Source: a virus (lineage: Duplodnaviria > Caudoviricetes). Taken from it: 61,200 nt of DNA. The position numbers were made by a program, and so were the translations under genes. Below, in pieces: positions 1 to 10,409 of this stretch. Location of the stretch: IMG/VR virus record IMGVR_UViG_3300023184_009672, positions 1-61,200 of that record. The stretch is one strand, 5' to 3'. Every line of letters begins with the position of its first letter. The first letter of the stretch is position 1. The notes below the pieces were generated by a model. The model ran no database searches. It saw only the letters and a list, made by a program, of their open reading frames with translations, and was not told the origin of the DNA.

Positions 1-618
1 ATGAAACCGCTAGAAATAATCAATACAAATTTAACGATAATTAATGGTTCTATTGGTGGTAAGAATGGTAACACAGCATCTCTTATAAAGAAGATCAAAA
101 GAAAAATATTTAAAATAGATCCAAATATAAAAATAAAAATACTTCATCTTCATTCTAATTTTGATTGGCCAAAAGTTAGAAATGTCATAAAAGATAGTAA
201 TGCTTTAATTTTTTGTACTGGAACTTATTGGGATAGCTGGGGAAGTCCAATGCAACAACTTTTTGAAAAAATGACAGAGATAGAAGGCAAACAGCATCTC
301 CTTGGTAAGCCAGCAGGAGTTATTGTGACAATGCATTCTGTAGGAGGAAAAGAGGTTGCCTCAAGGATGCAAGGAGTTCTGTGCTCAATGGGTTGTGTGT
401 TGCCACCATTTTCAGCTTTTGCTTATAGTTATTCGGATCATATCGCTCATCAGTCTAGATTTTTAGGAAAGAAATTGCTAGATGATGTTTGGCATATTGA
501 AGATCTGTCCGCATTTTTATTTAATATAATAACTTATTCAAAAGGCGAAAAGAATTGGAAGGTTTGGGATTATTTAGACACAAACGCTTATAATCCCACT
601 TCCGTTTGGTTAAAATAA
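1..618 (+). CDS. Flavodoxin-fold NAD(P)H-dependent FMN reductase family protein
   Basis: INGS..GNT FMN loop, D-x-x-x-LIFCTGTYWDSWGSPMQQLFEK and LLGKPAGVIVT match the FMN_red/WrbA pattern. Confidence 0.8.
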   Translation: MKPLEIINTNLTIINGSIGGKNGNTASLIKKIKRKIFKIDPNIKIKILHLHSNFDWPKVRNVIKDSNALIFCTGTYWDSWGSPMQQLFEKMTEIEGKQHLLGKPAGVIVTMHSVGGKEVASRMQGVLCSMGCVLPPFSAFAYSYSDHIAHQSRFLGKKLLDDVWHIEDLSAFLFNIITYSKGEKNWKVWDYLDTNAYNPTSVWLK

Positions 619-636
619 TTTTGGCTAAAATCATTT

Positions 637-723
637 GGAACGATGGCTGAGTGGTCTAAAGCAGAAGTTTACTAAACTTCCGATGGTTAACTCCATCCGT
701 GGGTTCAAATCCTACTCGTTCCG
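637..723 (+). tRNA. tRNA-Ser(ACT)
   Basis: Acceptor GGAACGA/TCGTTCC, discriminator G, anticodon stem GAAGT/ACTTC with loop TT-ACT-AA, long variable arm GATGG/CCATC, GGTTCAAATCC T-arm; CCA not encoded. Confidence 0.9.
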
Positions 724-732
724 AGAATATCA

Positions 733-1237
733 TATTTGCTAACAGAAAAATGCCAAATATATAAGAAAATTTTTTTGATAAACGCATATGTCATATATAT
801 AATACATAATATGAAAAACATCAAAAACACAATATTAAGTCTCCTTCTAATCTCCGCTTCTTTTGCTTTCGCCGACTCTGGCGTATCTGATCAATCCACA
901 CCAGTAGCAGATGGCTTTTTAGCCGCAGGAGATGTTGCTCTTGTTCGTCCAGTTTCAACCGCAGTAACCATTGGAGCTTTTGGTATTTTTGTTGTTATTG
1001 CTCCATTTACCGAAATGGCAGGATGCACAGAGGAAACATACGAAGGTTTAGTTGAAAGCGTTGGAAAGTTTTCTTTTGATCGTGATCTTGGCGATTTCAA
1101 AAAGTAATATTTACTAACGATATTCTTGCAAATATATCTCTATTTGCGAATCAAATTATGCCAAATAATAAACCCTATTTGCTAACAGAAAAATGCCAAA
1201 TAAAAGGTCGTATTTATGAACGAAAAAATGCCAAATA
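733..1237. repeat. Five copies of a 27-bp TATTT(G)-N15-CAAATA motif
   Basis: Copies start at 733, 1108, 1141, 1176, 1211; 733 and 1176 are identical (tatttgctaacagaaaaatgccaaata). Confidence 0.8.
811..1107 (+). CDS. Secreted/membrane hypothetical protein
   Basis: Signal-peptide-like N-terminus from ATG 811 (MKNIKNTILSLLLISASFAFA) plus hydrophobic segment. Confidence 0.65.
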   Translation: MKNIKNTILSLLLISASFAFADSGVSDQSTPVADGFLAAGDVALVRPVSTAVTIGAFGIFVVIAPFTEMAGCTEETYEGLVESVGKFSFDRDLGDFKK

Positions 1238-1392
1238 AGGGAGCTGGAAAAGGAAGCAAACCAAGAAATTGTTTCTCTGATAGTTTTAAAAATAACTACG
1301 ATAGCATAGATTGGAAAATTAAAAAAGATAAAGTGCTGATTAAAAAGGAATTAAAAAACAAAGATGGTTCAGTTAGATATATTTACGAATAA
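1216..1392 (+). CDS. Small phage protein with GKGSKPR...NYDSIDW motif
   Basis: 58-aa ORF translated by hand; motif recurrent in small phage proteins. Confidence 0.6.
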   Translation: MNEKMPNKGAGKGSKPRNCFSDSFKNNYDSIDWKIKKDKVLIKKELKNKDGSVRYIYE

Positions 1393-1438
1393 TATATAGA
1401 CCCTTGACAGAGTTAGCAAAGAGTAGTATTCTTATAGT

Positions 1439-2338
1439 ATGAGAAAAGGAGTATGTTGTATCGTTTCAAGTTTAGCTGAACAAGATGAGCCTATCAAGTT
1501 CAATACTATGACTTATTCTAGATTCTCTACTATGGATAGAAAAGAAGCTCTTTCTACTCTATCTTCTAGAATATTAAATAATATGACTACCACATATCAA
1601 TACATAAAGTATTGTGCTGACCATAATCATACTTACAGAATCTCCTCTGATTTATTTCCTCTTATTACTTATGATAAAGCTAATGTATCATTACAAGATT
1701 TACCAGATTATAATAAAATATTAGTATCATTTGATAGTATCAAGAACCTTATTCAATCTAAAAATGTTAGAGTATCTTGTCATCCTAGCGAATTTAATGT
1801 TCTTGCTAGTGATAATGAAAATGCAATCACCAAAACAATCAAAGAATTAAATCATTATGGTTGGTTTATGACTCAGATTGGTTGTCCTCTTAATTACGAT
1901 TCTCCTATGAATATGCACATACATAATTCCAAGGGGAATTTAAATGATATAGTTAAAAAGTTTATGAGTAATTTCAATAAGCTAACTGATGATGTAAGGT
2001 CTAGATTGGTTATAGAAAATGATGATAAAGATACTTGCTGGTCAGTTAAGAAGCTAATGAGGCATTTCCACTCGATTTCTAATATTCCTATTACCTTTGA
2101 TTATCTTCATCATAAATGTCATCCAGATAGCTTAACAGAAGAAGAAGCATTTCATCTCTCACGAATTACTTGGGGCAATCATACTCCACTATTTCATTAC
2201 TCTGAGAGTATAGATGGTCATAAGAATCCACGAAAACACGCAGACTACGCAAAGTTCTTGCCAAATACTTATGGTTATGATAATATAGATGTTGAATTTG
2301 AATTAAAAATGAAAGAAAAATCATTTGCAAATTTATGA
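1439..2338 (+). CDS. uvsE: UV DNA damage endonuclease (UVDE/UvsE)
   Basis: YRISSDLFP, RVSCHP, IENDDK, FDYLHH, HYSES, HADY motifs; promoter TTGACA(1404)-17-TATTCT 6 nt before ATG. Confidence 0.92.
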   Translation: MRKGVCCIVSSLAEQDEPIKFNTMTYSRFSTMDRKEALSTLSSRILNNMTTTYQYIKYCADHNHTYRISSDLFPLITYDKANVSLQDLPDYNKILVSFDSIKNLIQSKNVRVSCHPSEFNVLASDNENAITKTIKELNHYGWFMTQIGCPLNYDSPMNMHIHNSKGNLNDIVKKFMSNFNKLTDDVRSRLVIENDDKDTCWSVKKLMRHFHSISNIPITFDYLHHKCHPDSLTEEEAFHLSRITWGNHTPLFHYSESIDGHKNPRKHADYAKFLPNTYGYDNIDVEFELKMKEKSFANL

Positions 2339-2667
2339 AAATTTCTAAAAAAATCATTAATAAAATCAATAAAAGAATAACAACAGATTTAAAGAAAGAC
2401 CCATTTTTTGCCTTCTGCGAGAAAGAAAATCTTAATAAATACCAAGAAGAATTTGAAAAAAGAGTGTGCAAAGAGATAGAATATATAAAACAATCCAGAA
2501 TAGGAAAAATAATAAATATTAACAATGTTAAATTAAATTCTTATATGGATGAAGTCAACCCGAATATCAAAGATAACTGGACTAGAAAATTCATAGCTAC
2601 TAAAAAAATATTAAAGGATAAAAAAAATGTTAATAAATTTAACCAAACAAGAAGTTACTTTCGCTAA
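2335..2667 (+). CDS. Hypothetical protein
   Basis: ATGA overlap with uvsE stop. Confidence 0.55.
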   Translation: MKISKKIINKINKRITTDLKKDPFFAFCEKENLNKYQEEFEKRVCKEIEYIKQSRIGKIININNVKLNSYMDEVNPNIKDNWTRKFIATKKILKDKKNVNKFNQTRSYFR

Positions 2668-3130
2668 AAAATTAGCCAAAAAAAGACACGATGCCAAACA
2701 CATTTCTATTAGAAATAGAGGTGTATTGATGGAAAATAACTTAGCTAACGGAGGCTCACAATATGATTTTCATACAATAGGATTAATAGGAGAATTAGCT
2801 TATTCAAAATTTAGTGGAGAAAGTATTGATGAGAATATTTATTCTAAAAATCCAGACCCTAAAGGCCAAGATTTTGAAAATTTAGAAATTAAAACTATAA
2901 CATATTTTGGTAGCGGAGAACCAGAATTAAAAATAACTCAAAAAGAATACGCAACAAAAACTCCTAAATTATATGTTTTAGCCAGAACGAACAAAAATAA
3001 ACTTGACGCAGTAGAGCTTTTAGGAAGAATATCAAGAGAAAATTTTGATAAATTAAAAGTAGCTAAAAAGTATGGTAGGTTTCATCCCTCTAATTGGATA
3101 GTACCATTGAGTTTAATGGAAAAATTATGA
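2627..3130 (+). CDS. Putative PD-(D/E)xK nuclease-fold protein
   Basis: GLIGELA...D...EIKT spacing. Confidence 0.45.
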   Translation: MLINLTKQEVTFAKKLAKKRHDAKHISIRNRGVLMENNLANGGSQYDFHTIGLIGELAYSKFSGESIDENIYSKNPDPKGQDFENLEIKTITYFGSGEPELKITQKEYATKTPKLYVLARTNKNKLDAVELLGRISRENFDKLKVAKKYGRFHPSNWIVPLSLMEKL

Positions 3131-3253
3131 CACATAAAGCATATGAATTATTTGTGGTTATTTTAGGCGTGATAGCTAATATCGTTCTTATTATAAATGC
3201 ACTTCATCATTGGTAATACTTGACAAATTTTAAATAAAGAGTAGTATAAGTAT

Positions 3254-3898
3254 ATGGGAATGTTTAATTATATCAAAGTAGAACAAGAGCTTCCTCTTAA
3301 TGAGGAACTAAAAGCTCTTAATAATGATTGGCGAAAAGAGCCATTTCAAACAAAAGAACTAGGCGAAAATTTGATGGATACTTACATTATAAGAGACAAT
3401 AATCTTTATAAGGTTGAATCTCACGGACATTGGGAAGATAATCCAGATTATGTAGAAGGCAAAGGATATAGAGAATTTTTTAATAAAAACAAATGGGTAA
3501 AAGACCGAGAAGAAGAGGTGTTTTGCTCTAGTACCACCGCTTCGTTTGAGTTTGGAACTTACATTTTAGGTAAAACAGAGAATGATAATGATATTTTCCC
3601 AGATTGGAAAGCTGTGGTAGTAAAGGGTGCGGTTACGGAATTGACTTTAGTAGAAGATTATTTCAAACAATCAAGCAAAGATAGAATAGAGTTAGATAAA
3701 AAATTTCAAAAGCAGATCGAAACACACCAAAGCAAAATGAAGTGTCCAGTTTATAGTTTTTACTTTAATTATTATGTTAAGCCTATTGAGTCTTTGGGTA
3801 GGAAAATCTCTTATAATTTAAATAAACCTATTAAGGTTTTGAATTGGTTACAATGGAAAGGGATTTCCAAAGCTGTAAATCTATTAACACCAAGATGA
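3254..3898 (+). CDS. Conserved phage hypothetical protein (MGMF..I / FQTK family)
   Basis: 214-aa ORF with own leaderless promoter TTGACA(3220). Confidence 0.7.
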   Translation: MGMFNYIKVEQELPLNEELKALNNDWRKEPFQTKELGENLMDTYIIRDNNLYKVESHGHWEDNPDYVEGKGYREFFNKNKWVKDREEEVFCSSTTASFEFGTYILGKTENDNDIFPDWKAVVVKGAVTELTLVEDYFKQSSKDRIELDKKFQKQIETHQSKMKCPVYSFYFNYYVKPIESLGRKISYNLNKPIKVLNWLQWKGISKAVNLLTPR

Positions 3899-4080
3899 AA
3901 TACAATATACCAGTTCAAAAACATAAAGACGGATATCTTTATATAGAGTTTCCAAAAAAACTAATGAAAAAGATGGGCTGGGAAACTGGTGATACGATAG
4001 ATTGGCACGATAACAAAGATGGAACTTTTTCTTTGCTTAAAGTTGTAAGTCCTTCTAAATCAAAAAAAAACAAAGTTTGA
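3895..4080 (+). CDS. AbrB/MazE-like swapped-hairpin DNA-binding protein
   Basis: DGYLYIEFPKKLMKKMGWETGDTIDW pattern. Confidence 0.7.
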   Translation: MKYNIPVQKHKDGYLYIEFPKKLMKKMGWETGDTIDWHDNKDGTFSLLKVVSPSKSKKNKV

Positions 4081-4111
4081 CCATTTGGTTAGTCCAGTAT
4101 ATACTGAGACT

Positions 4112-5224
4112 ATGAAGTTAGATACAATTTATAAAAAGACAAAGACTGGCAAAGTTCAAGAATGGACTATTGAAGTCAAAGGTAGTCAATATCGCACAAT
4201 CTCTGGTCAAACCGATGGAGAAAAGATCACGAATAATTGGAGCGATTGCGAAATCAAAAATGCTGGCAAAGCAAACGCCACAACTCCAGAAGAACAATGT
4301 TTAAAAGAAGCAGAAGCTAAACGCAAGAAGAAGTTGGAATCGGGCTACTTTGAATCTATCAAGGATATTAATAAGGTTCAATACTTCGAGCCAATGCTCG
4401 CACAAAAGTACGAAGATCACGAAATCAACTATCCAGTTTATAGTCAACCCAAACTTGATGGTATTCGTTGCATCGTAACCAAAGAAGGAATGTTCACCAG
4501 AAACGGCAAGAAGGTTATTTCTGCTCCTCATATTCGTGAGCATCTAGATTTATTCTTTAAAGATTATCCTAATGCTATTCTTGATGGTGAATTATATTGT
4601 GATAAGTTTGCTAATGATTTTAATAAGATTTGTAGTTTGGTTAAAAGAACAAAACCAGACGATAAAGAATTAGAAGAGAGTGCAGATAGTATTCAGTATT
4701 GGGTTTATGATGCTCCTAGAATTGGTTTATTAAATGAGAAAGATTTATTCTATGAGAGATATGAACTTGTTTCTAATGCTCTTACTAAAAGAAAATACAA
4801 TAGTATTGTTGTTGTGACTACTTTAAAAATAAGCAAAGAAGAAGAACTAACTCAAGCCTATGAAATGTATATGGAACAAGGCTACGAAGGTCAAATGGTA
4901 AGACTCAATAGACCTTATGAAAATAAGCGTAGCAAGTTTCTTCTCAAGCGAAAAGAGTTTATGGATGCTGAATTTATTATCAAAGGAATCCAAGAAGGCG
5001 AAGGTAATCGTAAGGGAACTGCTGGATATATGGAGTTTGTGAACGCTCAAGGAAAATACTTTAAGAGCAATATCAAAGGTGATTTTGGTTATCTTAAAGA
5101 AGTCTATAAAGAAAGAAATACTTTAGTAGGCAAAACAGCAACAATTAAGTTTTTTAATTATACCCCAGATCAAGTGCCAAGATTTCCTTATGTTATAAAT
5201 ATTGATAGAGAGAAGTACGAGTAA
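4112..5224 (+). CDS. lig: ATP-dependent DNA ligase
   Basis: QPKLDGIR adenylation motif, LDGELY, YEGQMVR, LLKRK, PRFP; promoter TTGACC(4077)-17-TATACT 6 nt before ATG 4112. Confidence 0.93.
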   Translation: MKLDTIYKKTKTGKVQEWTIEVKGSQYRTISGQTDGEKITNNWSDCEIKNAGKANATTPEEQCLKEAEAKRKKKLESGYFESIKDINKVQYFEPMLAQKYEDHEINYPVYSQPKLDGIRCIVTKEGMFTRNGKKVISAPHIREHLDLFFKDYPNAILDGELYCDKFANDFNKICSLVKRTKPDDKELEESADSIQYWVYDAPRIGLLNEKDLFYERYELVSNALTKRKYNSIVVVTTLKISKEEELTQAYEMYMEQGYEGQMVRLNRPYENKRSKFLLKRKEFMDAEFIIKGIQEGEGNRKGTAGYMEFVNAQGKYFKSNIKGDFGYLKEVYKERNTLVGKTATIKFFNYTPDQVPRFPYVINIDREKYE

Positions 5225-5226
5225 AA

Positions 5227-5616
5227 ATGAAATACACACCAGAAAATATTCAATCTCTTGCTGATTGCCAAGTATTTGTATTTGGCTCAAATCTATTTGG
5301 TATTCACGCTGGAGGCACAGCTAAACTAGCATTAGATAAATTTGGTGCAAAATGGGGTCAAGGAGTTGGACTTCAAGGAAAGAGTTATGCTATTCCCACT
5401 AAAGATGTTAACTTCAATGCTTTGCCATTAAGATATATTAAATTTTATGTGAATGAACTTCTAGATGTAGCAAAGACTTATCCTCTAAGAGATTTCTTAG
5501 TAACCAAGATTGGTTGCGGTTTAGCTGGATATACTATTAAAGATATTGCTCCTATGTTTATTTCTTATCCTTCAAATGTTGTTGTGCCTCAAGAGTTTGC
5601 AGAATTTAACGCTTGA
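5227..5616 (+). CDS. Macro-domain-like protein (A1S_2505-type family)
   Basis: VFVFGSNLxGxH, GLQGKSYAIPT, FLVTKIGCGLAG. Confidence 0.75.
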   Translation: MKYTPENIQSLADCQVFVFGSNLFGIHAGGTAKLALDKFGAKWGQGVGLQGKSYAIPTKDVNFNALPLRYIKFYVNELLDVAKTYPLRDFLVTKIGCGLAGYTIKDIAPMFISYPSNVVVPQEFAEFNA

Positions 5617-5677
5617 CAAAGAAAATATTTTATAAAATCTGTTTGACTCTAAATTAAAATTCATTTATATTAAGAAT

Positions 5678-7876
5678 ATGAAATTACTAGAAAAACCAAT
5701 CAATGTAGTCGAGTCAGAAAAGTTTGAGTCCGTAAGTTTCGGAATCAAACAAAGTGGCTTGCCTTATATCTTTAACATCCTTCGTAACCAGTTGTACTCC
5801 AACAAGCCTCTCGCAGTTTTGCGTGAAGTTTCTTGTAATGCACAAGACGCTAATATCGAAGCAAAAAGCAAGCGTCCTTTTGAAGTTAAACTTCCCACAA
5901 AGCTAGACCCTACTTTAACTATCAGAGATTTTGGTAATGGTCTTTCTTCTGATGACATTAAGAATCTTTATTGTTTCTATGGTGAATCCACAAAACGAGA
6001 AAGTAATTCTGCTATTGGATATTATGGCATTGGAAAGTTCGCACCATTCAGTTATGGTGACAACTTCGTTCTAGTTTCTTACCACAAAGGATTCAAGACA
6101 ACCTATAATGCTTTTATTGATGAAACAAAAATCGGTAAGATCGTAAAGCTCAAAGAAGAAAAATCTTCTGAGCCTTCTGGCGTATTAATTTCTGTTCCAA
6201 TCAAAGAAGAAGATACAGAAACATTCTTGTCTACTGCTCAAGAATTGTTTAAATACTTTAAGAACAAACCGCTTATCAAAGGTGCAAGAAAAGAAGATTT
6301 ATCAGAAGTCTATGATCGCACACCAGTATTCAAGGGTAATGGTTGGGCATATTATAAAAATTCTGATTATAGCAAAGAGTCTATCGCTATTATGGGAGTT
6401 GGTTATCCTATTGAGACTAGCGATGTGCAATTTAAAGAAGATTGTGATGAGCAAAATATTTGTGGACAAGGATTTGAAGTTGAGTTTGATCTTGGTGAAC
6501 TAGATATTACTGCAAGCAGAGAGAATCTAGAATATACAGAAAAGACTAAGAAAGCTATTAGAGATAAGTTTCGCAAGATTAAGAAAGAGATGGCAGAGTC
6601 TATCTCCCAACAATTTAAAGATTCTACTAGCATCTATGACGCTAAATCTCTTTACAATGAAGTGTTTGGTACTTATGGTAGCTTAGGGTACATTGTTCGT
6701 AATTCTTTAAGCAACAAAGTGACTTGGGATGGTAAAACTATTAATGATAATGTGATTAGTTTTAATGATAAGATTGCGAAGATGATCGAGAATGGTAAAT
6801 TAGTTTCTAAGTTTTACCAAAAATCTCGCAGAAGCACAAAGCTAAATTCTGAAAGTGAAGATAAAAGGATTCTTTGCGAAAAGACTCACAAGATTTTAGT
6901 TAATGATACTGGTTCACCTATGGGAGTAACTCATCGTCTTGCTACTCTTTGGAATGAATTAGGAGATAAAATTGATGGTTCATATGTATTTACATTCGCA
7001 GATAAAGCCACAAAAGATTCTTTTGACAAAGAGCTTGGACTGATTGAATCAAATTATTTAAATCTTTCTGCTTACGAGAAGATTACTATTCAGAAAATTA
7101 ACTCTGGTACTAGCGTTGTAACCAGTAAGAACCCAAAACATTCTTCTCAAATTTTTAAGTTTAATTCTAAAAATGCTAATAATTACGGAACAAAATCTTC
7201 TAATTGGGAAACTATGACTATGGATTTTGCTAATGATACTGCTATCTATGTAGAGATTAGTAACTTCCAAGCTCAAGGCAAAACTCACGAATTTAGAAAT
7301 GGAACTCTGAAAGAGATTCTTGAGAAGTACGAAGGACTTACTGGCGAGAAACTCCCAGATATTTATGGAATCAAATCTAAAACTTTTGAATCCAAGAAAA
7401 AGATTATTACTAAAAATAAAAATCTAACAAGCCTTTGGAAACATCTCGAAGATGGAATCCGCAAGGAGTATTCTAAACTATCACAGCAAATTACGGACAA
7501 GACCCATTGGAATAAGCACACTAAAGAAGATAATAACTTTGCTGATGTTGTTCAAGAGACGCACAAGAAAAGTTTGCACGAACTTATTGAAAATCAAAAT
7601 TCAGAGTTTGCCCAATATTTAAGTGCGATTATGTTCTATGCAAAATCGAACTTCAAGAAGGTTGGCGAAGCTCTTGACTTTTTAAAATTGGCTGAAATCG
7701 AAATTAAATTCGATCAAGTCAATCCAAGTTATGATTTGGATGCTCTTTTGAAGAGTGTCCGAAACAAATATGAAGTGCTAGATGTATTTGTCCCTCATAC
7801 TTATGGGTGGCATTATAATAGCAAACCAGAAATGACAAAGATTTTAAATTACATAAATCTTGTTGACAAAAACTAA
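5678..7876 (+). CDS. rIIA: rIIA-like protein (N-terminal GHKL/Hsp90-type ATPase fold)
   Basis: LYSN...LREVSCNAQDA, IRDFGNGLS, STK, IGYYGIG; followed by rIIB. Confidence 0.88.
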   Translation: MKLLEKPINVVESEKFESVSFGIKQSGLPYIFNILRNQLYSNKPLAVLREVSCNAQDANIEAKSKRPFEVKLPTKLDPTLTIRDFGNGLSSDDIKNLYCFYGESTKRESNSAIGYYGIGKFAPFSYGDNFVLVSYHKGFKTTYNAFIDETKIGKIVKLKEEKSSEPSGVLISVPIKEEDTETFLSTAQELFKYFKNKPLIKGARKEDLSEVYDRTPVFKGNGWAYYKNSDYSKESIAIMGVGYPIETSDVQFKEDCDEQNICGQGFEVEFDLGELDITASRENLEYTEKTKKAIRDKFRKIKKEMAESISQQFKDSTSIYDAKSLYNEVFGTYGSLGYIVRNSLSNKVTWDGKTINDNVISFNDKIAKMIENGKLVSKFYQKSRRSTKLNSESEDKRILCEKTHKILVNDTGSPMGVTHRLATLWNELGDKIDGSYVFTFADKATKDSFDKELGLIESNYLNLSAYEKITIQKINSGTSVVTSKNPKHSSQIFKFNSKNANNYGTKSSNWETMTMDFANDTAIYVEISNFQAQGKTHEFRNGTLKEILEKYEGLTGEKLPDIYGIKSKTFESKKKIITKNKNLTSLWKHLEDGIRKEYSKLSQQITDKTHWNKHTKEDNNFADVVQETHKKSLHELIENQNSEFAQYLSAIMFYAKSNFKKVGEALDFLKLAEIEIKFDQVNPSYDLDALLKSVRNKYEVLDVFVPHTYGWHYNSKPEMTKILNYINLVDKN

Positions 7877-7898
7877 AAAGGAGTATAAATTAGAAGAA

Positions 7899-8804
7899 AT
7901 GAAAATACCATACATATTAACAGATCGGAGTCTTACCATCGTTCTTAACGATGAGCCTAAGACTATCACTAGCGAGAACCCAGTTTGGAACGAAGCTATC
8001 AAAGCTATTCGTGAAGGACGATTCGATGAGATCGGTGATCTCTTAGATAAGTCTAAAACGATTAAGCGTTTCTCTCAAGGCAACATTGAAGTTCTTGATG
8101 GAATCGTAACCTACAAAGGCGAAGAGATTCATAACATAGTTGTAGATAGAATCTTAAACTTTATTAAGAATGATCTTCCTTTTGAGCCTTTGATTAACTT
8201 CCTTGAGAAACTGATGCAAAATCCTTCTCGCAGAGCAGTTAACGAACTTTATAAGTTCTTAGAGCATAAGAAAATGCCTCTCACACCAGACGGAGATTTC
8301 CTTGCGTATAAAAGCGTTAAGTCAGATTTTACCGATTGGTATAGTGGCAAACATAATTTTGCTATCGGTCAAGTTCGTGAAATGACCAGAAACCAAGTTT
8401 GCGATAATGCAGATGTTGGTTGTTCTGCTGGTTATCACGCTGGCTCAGAGGAATATGCAAAGAGCTTCAATGGTGGTGGTAATCTTGTGATAGTTAAGAT
8501 TAACCCTGCTGATGTAGTTTCTGTTCCAAACGATTGTGAATGTCAGAAACTTCGTGCATCTAAGTTGGAAGTTGTTGCTCTATATCGCAAAGCTCTTGAC
8601 AAAGAACTTTATGATTTAGCTTATGGTAACTTCTTGCATCCTTATTCACCAGAAGGTATCGCTCAATACAATGCGATGATGGAGAATTATGATGATGTTG
8701 ACCCAGACGAAGAAGATGATGATGATGAAGATGATGATTACGCAAACAATGGCACAATGCATACTAAGCGTGACCCTTCTACTGGAAGATTCATTAAGGC
8801 TTAA
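7899..8804 (+). CDS. rIIB: rIIB-like protein
   Basis: FLEKLMQNPS, TPDGDFLAYK, CSAGYH, VKINPADVVSVP; acidic tail; promoter TTGACA(7863). Confidence 0.9.
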   Translation: MKIPYILTDRSLTIVLNDEPKTITSENPVWNEAIKAIREGRFDEIGDLLDKSKTIKRFSQGNIEVLDGIVTYKGEEIHNIVVDRILNFIKNDLPFEPLINFLEKLMQNPSRRAVNELYKFLEHKKMPLTPDGDFLAYKSVKSDFTDWYSGKHNFAIGQVREMTRNQVCDNADVGCSAGYHAGSEEYAKSFNGGGNLVIVKINPADVVSVPNDCECQKLRASKLEVVALYRKALDKELYDLAYGNFLHPYSPEGIAQYNAMMENYDDVDPDEEDDDDEDDDYANNGTMHTKRDPSTGRFIKA

Positions 8805-9044
8805 TATGAAGTTAGGTTTGCACATTGATTGGTGCATAGGGAGATGGTTCGGTAGGGAGAATAATATTGAAATTAATTTCTACCTACCGACCATCTTTCT
8901 TGGTTATAGAAAAGATGATGATGATAAATGGTTTGGATTTAAATTGAATTTGAAGAGTGATATTTCATTTAACTCATATGAATATGGAAAGATTTTTAGC
9001 TTGATCTTTCTTGGATTCGGAGTTAAACTAAGTAAATTCTCTAT

Positions 9045-9230
9045 ATGAACGAAGAAAACAATTTTAATTCTGATGCTGGAAATCAATTACGAGAAACTCT
9101 TTTTAAAGATATCGTAAGATATGCCAAGGAAAGTGATATGACAGCATTTCAAGCTATTGGAGTTTTAGAATCATTAAAATATGATTTATTAAATGCTATG
9201 AGAGAAGCTAATACTGAGGATGAACAATGA
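9045..9230 (+). CDS. Hypothetical protein
   Basis: Coupled small ORF. Confidence 0.55.
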   Translation: MNEENNFNSDAGNQLRETLFKDIVRYAKESDMTAFQAIGVLESLKYDLLNAMREANTEDEQ

Positions 9231-9433
9231 AATCTACCAGAGGACGCAAGAAAGGTTCGTTTTGTTTTTCTATGATTCCTCTTGCGGAATTAAATAAAGT
9301 TTTAAAACAAGATGCAATAGTTATCGTATCAAAGAAATTTGCAGACAATTTAAGTATTAGAGGGATTGAAAAAGAAGTTACCACTAAAACCTACGATAGT
9401 ATTCATACTGCTATTGATTTTCAAGTAAGTTAA
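9227..9433 (+). CDS. Hypothetical protein
   Basis: Coupled small ORF with RGRKKG motif. Confidence 0.55.
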   Translation: MKSTRGRKKGSFCFSMIPLAELNKVLKQDAIVIVSKKFADNLSIRGIEKEVTTKTYDSIHTAIDFQVS

Positions 9434-9476
9434 AGAAACTTCTTGCTCTAAAAAAAATCCCTTGTATAAAGGAACT

Positions 9477-10409
9477 ATGGGACAAGAAAATTATTCACAG
9501 ATAGTTGGACAAGAAAAAACAAAGAGCAAGCTCAACTTCTTATTAGAAGGATTCAATCAGACTAAGGTTATGCCTCATTTACTTTTTGTTGCTCCAAGAG
9601 GATGCGGAAAGACTCTTATTGCTCAAGAGACTAGCAAGATAATGAAGCGAGAAAGAAATGTAATTGTTAATTGTTCTACAATAAAGAATGTTAAAAGTTT
9701 CTTTAATCAAATTATGCTTCCTTATGTTTATGATAAAGATACCACAATTATATTCGATGAAGCTAGTGAATTGCCAAGAGATGTTACTATGGCACTTCTT
9801 ACCATCTTGAATCCTAATCAAAATAACTCTAATGATTTTACTTTTGAAGATGGCACTTATACTTTTAGATTCAATCAAAACTCTTTTATCTTTTGCACAA
9901 CAGAGGCTCAAAAGATTTTTCACGCACTTGCTGATAGGTTATATAGAATTGATATGGAAGATTATTCCTATGTTCAATTAGGCAAGATCATTCAAAATAA
10001 TTTAAAATCAAAAAGCCAATTTATAGAAGAAGTTATTATTAGCGAGGTTGCTAGTGTTTGCCGTGGAAACGCTAGGCAAGCTCAGTCTATGGCAAATCAA
10101 ATATCCTCTTATTTGAGCAGTAAAAAATGCAATAAACTCACTAGCGGAGGTTGGAGCGAGATTAAGGGCAAGTTGTCTATCTATCCTCTTGGCCTATCAG
10201 AAATCGAACTTAATGTAATTAAAATTCTAAAAGAACACGGAGAGTTAAGACTAACTAATCTTTCTGCTAAAACCAATCTTACCAGAGATATGTTACAAAA
10301 GAATGTTGAGCTTTATCTTATGAGAAATAGTTTAATTGAAATTCGTCCTACTGGTCGAGCTTTAACTAAAAGAGGTTTCGATTATCATAAGGAGCATTTA
10401 ACTAAATGA
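9477..10409 (+). CDS. ruvB: RuvB-like AAA+ ATPase
   Basis: IVGQ, PHLLF.APRGCGKT Walker A, IIFDE Walker B, C-terminal winged helix ending EIRPTGRALT. Confidence 0.8.
   Translation: MGQENYSQIVGQEKTKSKLNFLLEGFNQTKVMPHLLFVAPRGCGKTLIAQETSKIMKRERNVIVNCSTIKNVKSFFNQIMLPYVYDKDTTIIFDEASELPRDVTMALLTILNPNQNNSNDFTFEDGTYTFRFNQNSFIFCTTEAQKIFHALADRLYRIDMEDYSYVQLGKIIQNNLKSKSQFIEEVIISEVASVCRGNARQAQSMANQISSYLSSKKCNKLTSGGWSEIKGKLSIYPLGLSEIELNVIKILKEHGELRLTNLSAKTNLTRDMLQKNVELYLMRNSLIEIRPTGRALTKRGFDYHKEHLTK

Noticed and set aside
8689-8804. Poly-Met start of ORF 8689 and poly-His antisense ORF 8560-8757
   Set aside because: Alternative frames of the GAT/GAA-rich acidic tail of rIIB
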